Shown here: positions 60,751 through 64,000 of the stretch, piece after piece
Position numbering within the stretch: position 1 is the first letter of the stretch
Layout: each line of letters starts with the position of its first letter
Source of the DNA: Rhizodiscina lignyota
Lineage: Eukaryota
Direction of reading: 5' to 3'
Length of the DNA stretch: 64,000 nucleotides
Assembly (NCBI GenBank): GCA_010015805.1
Contig: ML978125.1
Span: 2,046,001-2,110,000 of the forward strand
Position numbers and translations under genes: made by a program
Notes under the pieces: generated by a model
Told to the model about the DNA's origin: nothing
Database searches by the model: none
Seen by the model: only the letters and a program-made list of their open reading frames with translations

Positions 60751-61214
60751 ATGGCATCACGCGAAGCAATCCAGTATGATCATCCCCTTGATGCGACCAG
60801 TTTCAAGATCAATCTACTTATTCTTAGTTTCTAGGAGCCTTTATCGGCGATCGCTCAAGCTCTCACTCGATTGGTGTGTGCACAGGTACCTCTGGCGCGG
60901 ACAGGCGATGTATATCCGATCACTCTTCGAAGCGAACAAGCACGTCAGAGAACCAAGACAACAACGAGTAGGCAATGCCTCCGACTATATGTATACTCTA
61001 GCTGATGTCGCATAGCTACTTATGGAGGAAACGGAAGCCTTGTTGCAGAAATGGAAGCACCCAGACCCATACCGACCGCCGACCGCACCAGGAGGTTCGA
61101 AATACGAACGTAACCTGCCTGCTCCTATTCTTGACCGTACGTACATCCATTTGCAGGCAATTGCGAGATCGCTGACTGACAAACTCTCTAGCTCCGCCAC
61201 CAATGCATGTATAA
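60751..61214 (+). CDS. NDUFB9: NADH:ubiquinone oxidoreductase B22 subunit (LYR family)
   Basis: SLYRRSLKLSLDWCVHR..WRGQA.YIRSLFEAN, WKHPDPYRPPTAPGGSKYERN; three introns. Confidence 0.9.
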
Positions 61215-61996
61215 TAGAGCGGGCAGTGACAGAAGCTTCCTGGGCACATATCCTCGCACTATGGCGTTTGAACCCCCATGTATATATCATCGCACAGAGC
61301 ATAGTCGAGAGTGACAATGGAAAAATGAATGGGAATATGTGTTTCCTTATTGACGAGAGACAAATATTTACATATGCCGGGCTTCCAATGCCATCAAACG
61401 CATCCTTAAGAAGAGCAAACTCTGCCCATCATTGAGATCTTGAGAGCTTACCTGACGGTAACGGATAGACTGCTCGGTAGCCCAATCGTTCCATTTCAAC
61501 AAAGGGCTCCATTGGAAATGAAATTGTCCCGTAGTGTACTGCTCGCTGATTGGCGCCTCTCAAATATCATGACCAAATTTTGGATACATGCATGTGTATA
61601 AATCGTCATCAAATGTGGACTGGAAAGTGAGTGTTGGACAACGAGGATTGGATAAAACATATCCTGGAGTTTATAAAGGTGATTTAATTTTCGTGTTTAC
61701 CGGACAGTGTTGTCTCGGGCGCGTTGAGCGCGTTAAGACGCGTCATCCATTGTTTCGATTTAAGAAACCGGACTCTAATCACGTAGATGTTTGAATTTGG
61801 ACAGAAAATTGAAGTGTGCAAGTTCATGAATTCCCATCCATGTCAGAATGACTGGAAGTAATGTACAACCCGAATGTACTGCCTCAGTGGGAATATGCCA
61901 TTATCCCATAAGCCGGAAACCCCATGATCATCTCAAATGAGCCACACCCATAGCCGCGCCGTGAAAAAGCAAGAGAAAGAAACCGTAACAATGCCT

Positions 61997-62519
<523 letters not shown>

Positions 62520-62548
62520 TTTGAATGGGTTTGTTGTTGTGATGGGAT

Positions 62549-62646
62549 CTGCGCGCCAAAAGTGACGTTAGAAACTGCGAGATAAGGAATTCGAGACCAA
62601 CAGGCCCAAAAACGCGTCCAAAGCGCGTAAAAAGCAGGTGACTTAC
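62549..62646 (-). other. Intron in the H2A 5' UTR
   Basis: GTAAGT donor at 62646, TCTAAC branch, CAG acceptor at 62549, upstream of ATG 62519. Confidence 0.75.
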
Positions 62647-62699
62647 GACTTGAAATGTGTTATGTGAGTTGAGATGTGGTTTGAGAGCGGTTTGGAAGA

Positions 62700-62930
62700 C
62701 GGACGATGGATGCAGCGGTTGTGGATGAAGAGAAAGAGGAGAGGAAGCTCGCTGGCGATGGGCGAGCAGGCTTATATACTAGCGCGGCGGGCCCCTCATC
62801 ACCATTCGCCCGCTGTGTTTTGATGTTGCGCGTGTCGGCCGTGCACCACTTCCCGAAGCGGCATGGCGCGTTGATGAGCTCGCCCTCCATCAGGTATAAG
62901 ATCGTTCCCTCCCACCTTCGCCGACTTTCT
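62700..62930. promoter_or_regulatory. Divergent H2A/H2B promoter
   Basis: TATATAAG on the minus strand (~62772-62779) and TATAAG on the plus strand (~62895), each followed by a CT-rich leader. Confidence 0.65.
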
Positions 62931-63052
62931 CTTCTCCTTCATCATCCACAACCGCTGCATCTCACGTCGCGCATCCACACCAGCTTACACAACTCAGCCC
63001 ACTCACACAGTCTTCTAATCTAACCACTTCACAACTCTCTCAAATCGTCCAA

Positions 63053-63655
63053 ATGGCTCCAAAGGCACAGAAGACTCCCACGACGGCCGGCAAGGCCCCA
63101 GCAGGCAAGGCGCCTGCTGAGAAGAAGGAAGCCGGAAAGAAGACCGCAGCTGCTGCCGGTGGTGAGAAGAAGAAGCGCACCAAGACCAGAAAGGAGACCT
63201 ACTCCTCCTACATCTACAAGGGTGAGTTTCACGCGTCTTCGCCTTGTTTTGACCCTACCCGACGCGCCTTATCGCGTGTTTTTTTCACGGTCAAAACAAG
63301 CTGCACTCTCACTCAATGAGGTCTGGATCCAGCTGACGCGTTTTGTTTTCTAGTCCTCAAGCAGGTGCACCCCGACACTGGTATCTCCAACCGCGCAATG
63401 TCGATTCTCAACTCTTTTGTCAACGATATCTTCGAGCGCGTCGCCACTGAGGCCTCCAAGCTCGCTGCCTACAACAAGAAGTCGACCATCTCATCCAGGG
63501 AGATTCAGACCTCGTATGTTCATTGCCTCTCCATTAGCTATCGCATTATCTGACCCAATCACAGTGTCCGTCTGATCCTGCCTGGTGAACTCGCCAAGCA
63601 CGCCGTGTCTGAAGGCACAAAGGCCGTCACCAAGTACTCTTCTTCATCCAAGTAA
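63053..63655 (+). CDS. H2B: Histone H2B
   Basis: MAPKAQKTP...[42 protein letters not shown]...[30 protein letters not shown]; introns 63222-63353 and ~63514-63564. Confidence 0.98.
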
Positions 63656-64000
63656 ACGGGCTTTCTTCCGTTTGCTTTCACTTTTCATCGACTCTCATCA
63701 GGCAGAACGGGTACGAGGATTGCTTGATATGAGCATGGGCAGGCTTCATGGGTGTTCACGGTTTTCTCTAATGCGTCATGGATGGGTGTCTCTTTGCTGA
63801 CCGCAACCGGGTTTTCATGATATCCCGCTGGTCTTCTGGAACGGATGTACAGTACATCGGGATAAAGAGGAAGGAATCCCAAGATTTGAACATCACTTTA
63901 CGCTTTCCAGCTTTGCATTCAAACATGAACTGTGATATCTTGCGAGTTCAGTGCGATTGAACAATCGTACTTCTCTGCCTATAAGAAGCTGGAGGCGGCG

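Overview
Gene-dense, intron-rich nuclear DNA from a filamentous ascomycete (Pezizomycotina-type: short GT-AG introns with CTAAC/CTGAC branch sites, a Zn2Cys6 factor, DASH subunit Dam1, a divergent H2A/H2B pair). About 30 protein genes can be assembled by eye from spliced ORF fragments. Housekeeping genes: TGS1, DAM1, MOG1, MOB1, KGD2, complex I B22/NDUFB9, H2A, H2B, CRAL-TRIO, SprT/GCNA-like and an SMP/C2 protein. Accessory or metabolic genes: HAD phosphatase, two Dal5-like MFS transporters, amino acid permease, GH3 xylosidase, MDR oxidoreductase, P450, NagA and a YrdC-like protein. No tRNA, rRNA, CRISPR or intact transposase was seen. The most unusual signals are: (1) most unusually long introns fold back on themselves with G-U pairs that work on the sense strand, best seen in a ~55-60 bp stem in the permease intron; (2) three co-oriented orphan coiled-coil genes at 11.8-16.2 kb, two clearly paralogous and two ending in Cys-rich motifs; (3) a MITE-like insert with RIP-type TIR mutations and 18-bp flanking direct repeats beside a doubly frameshifted GIY-YIG-like pseudogene; (4) a hairpin- and kissing-loop-rich intergenic segment at 21.25-21.52 kb; (5) a non-canonical YrdC paralog tail-to-tail with a stand-alone NagA. 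All family assignments come from motif recognition by eye; no database search or folding program was run.
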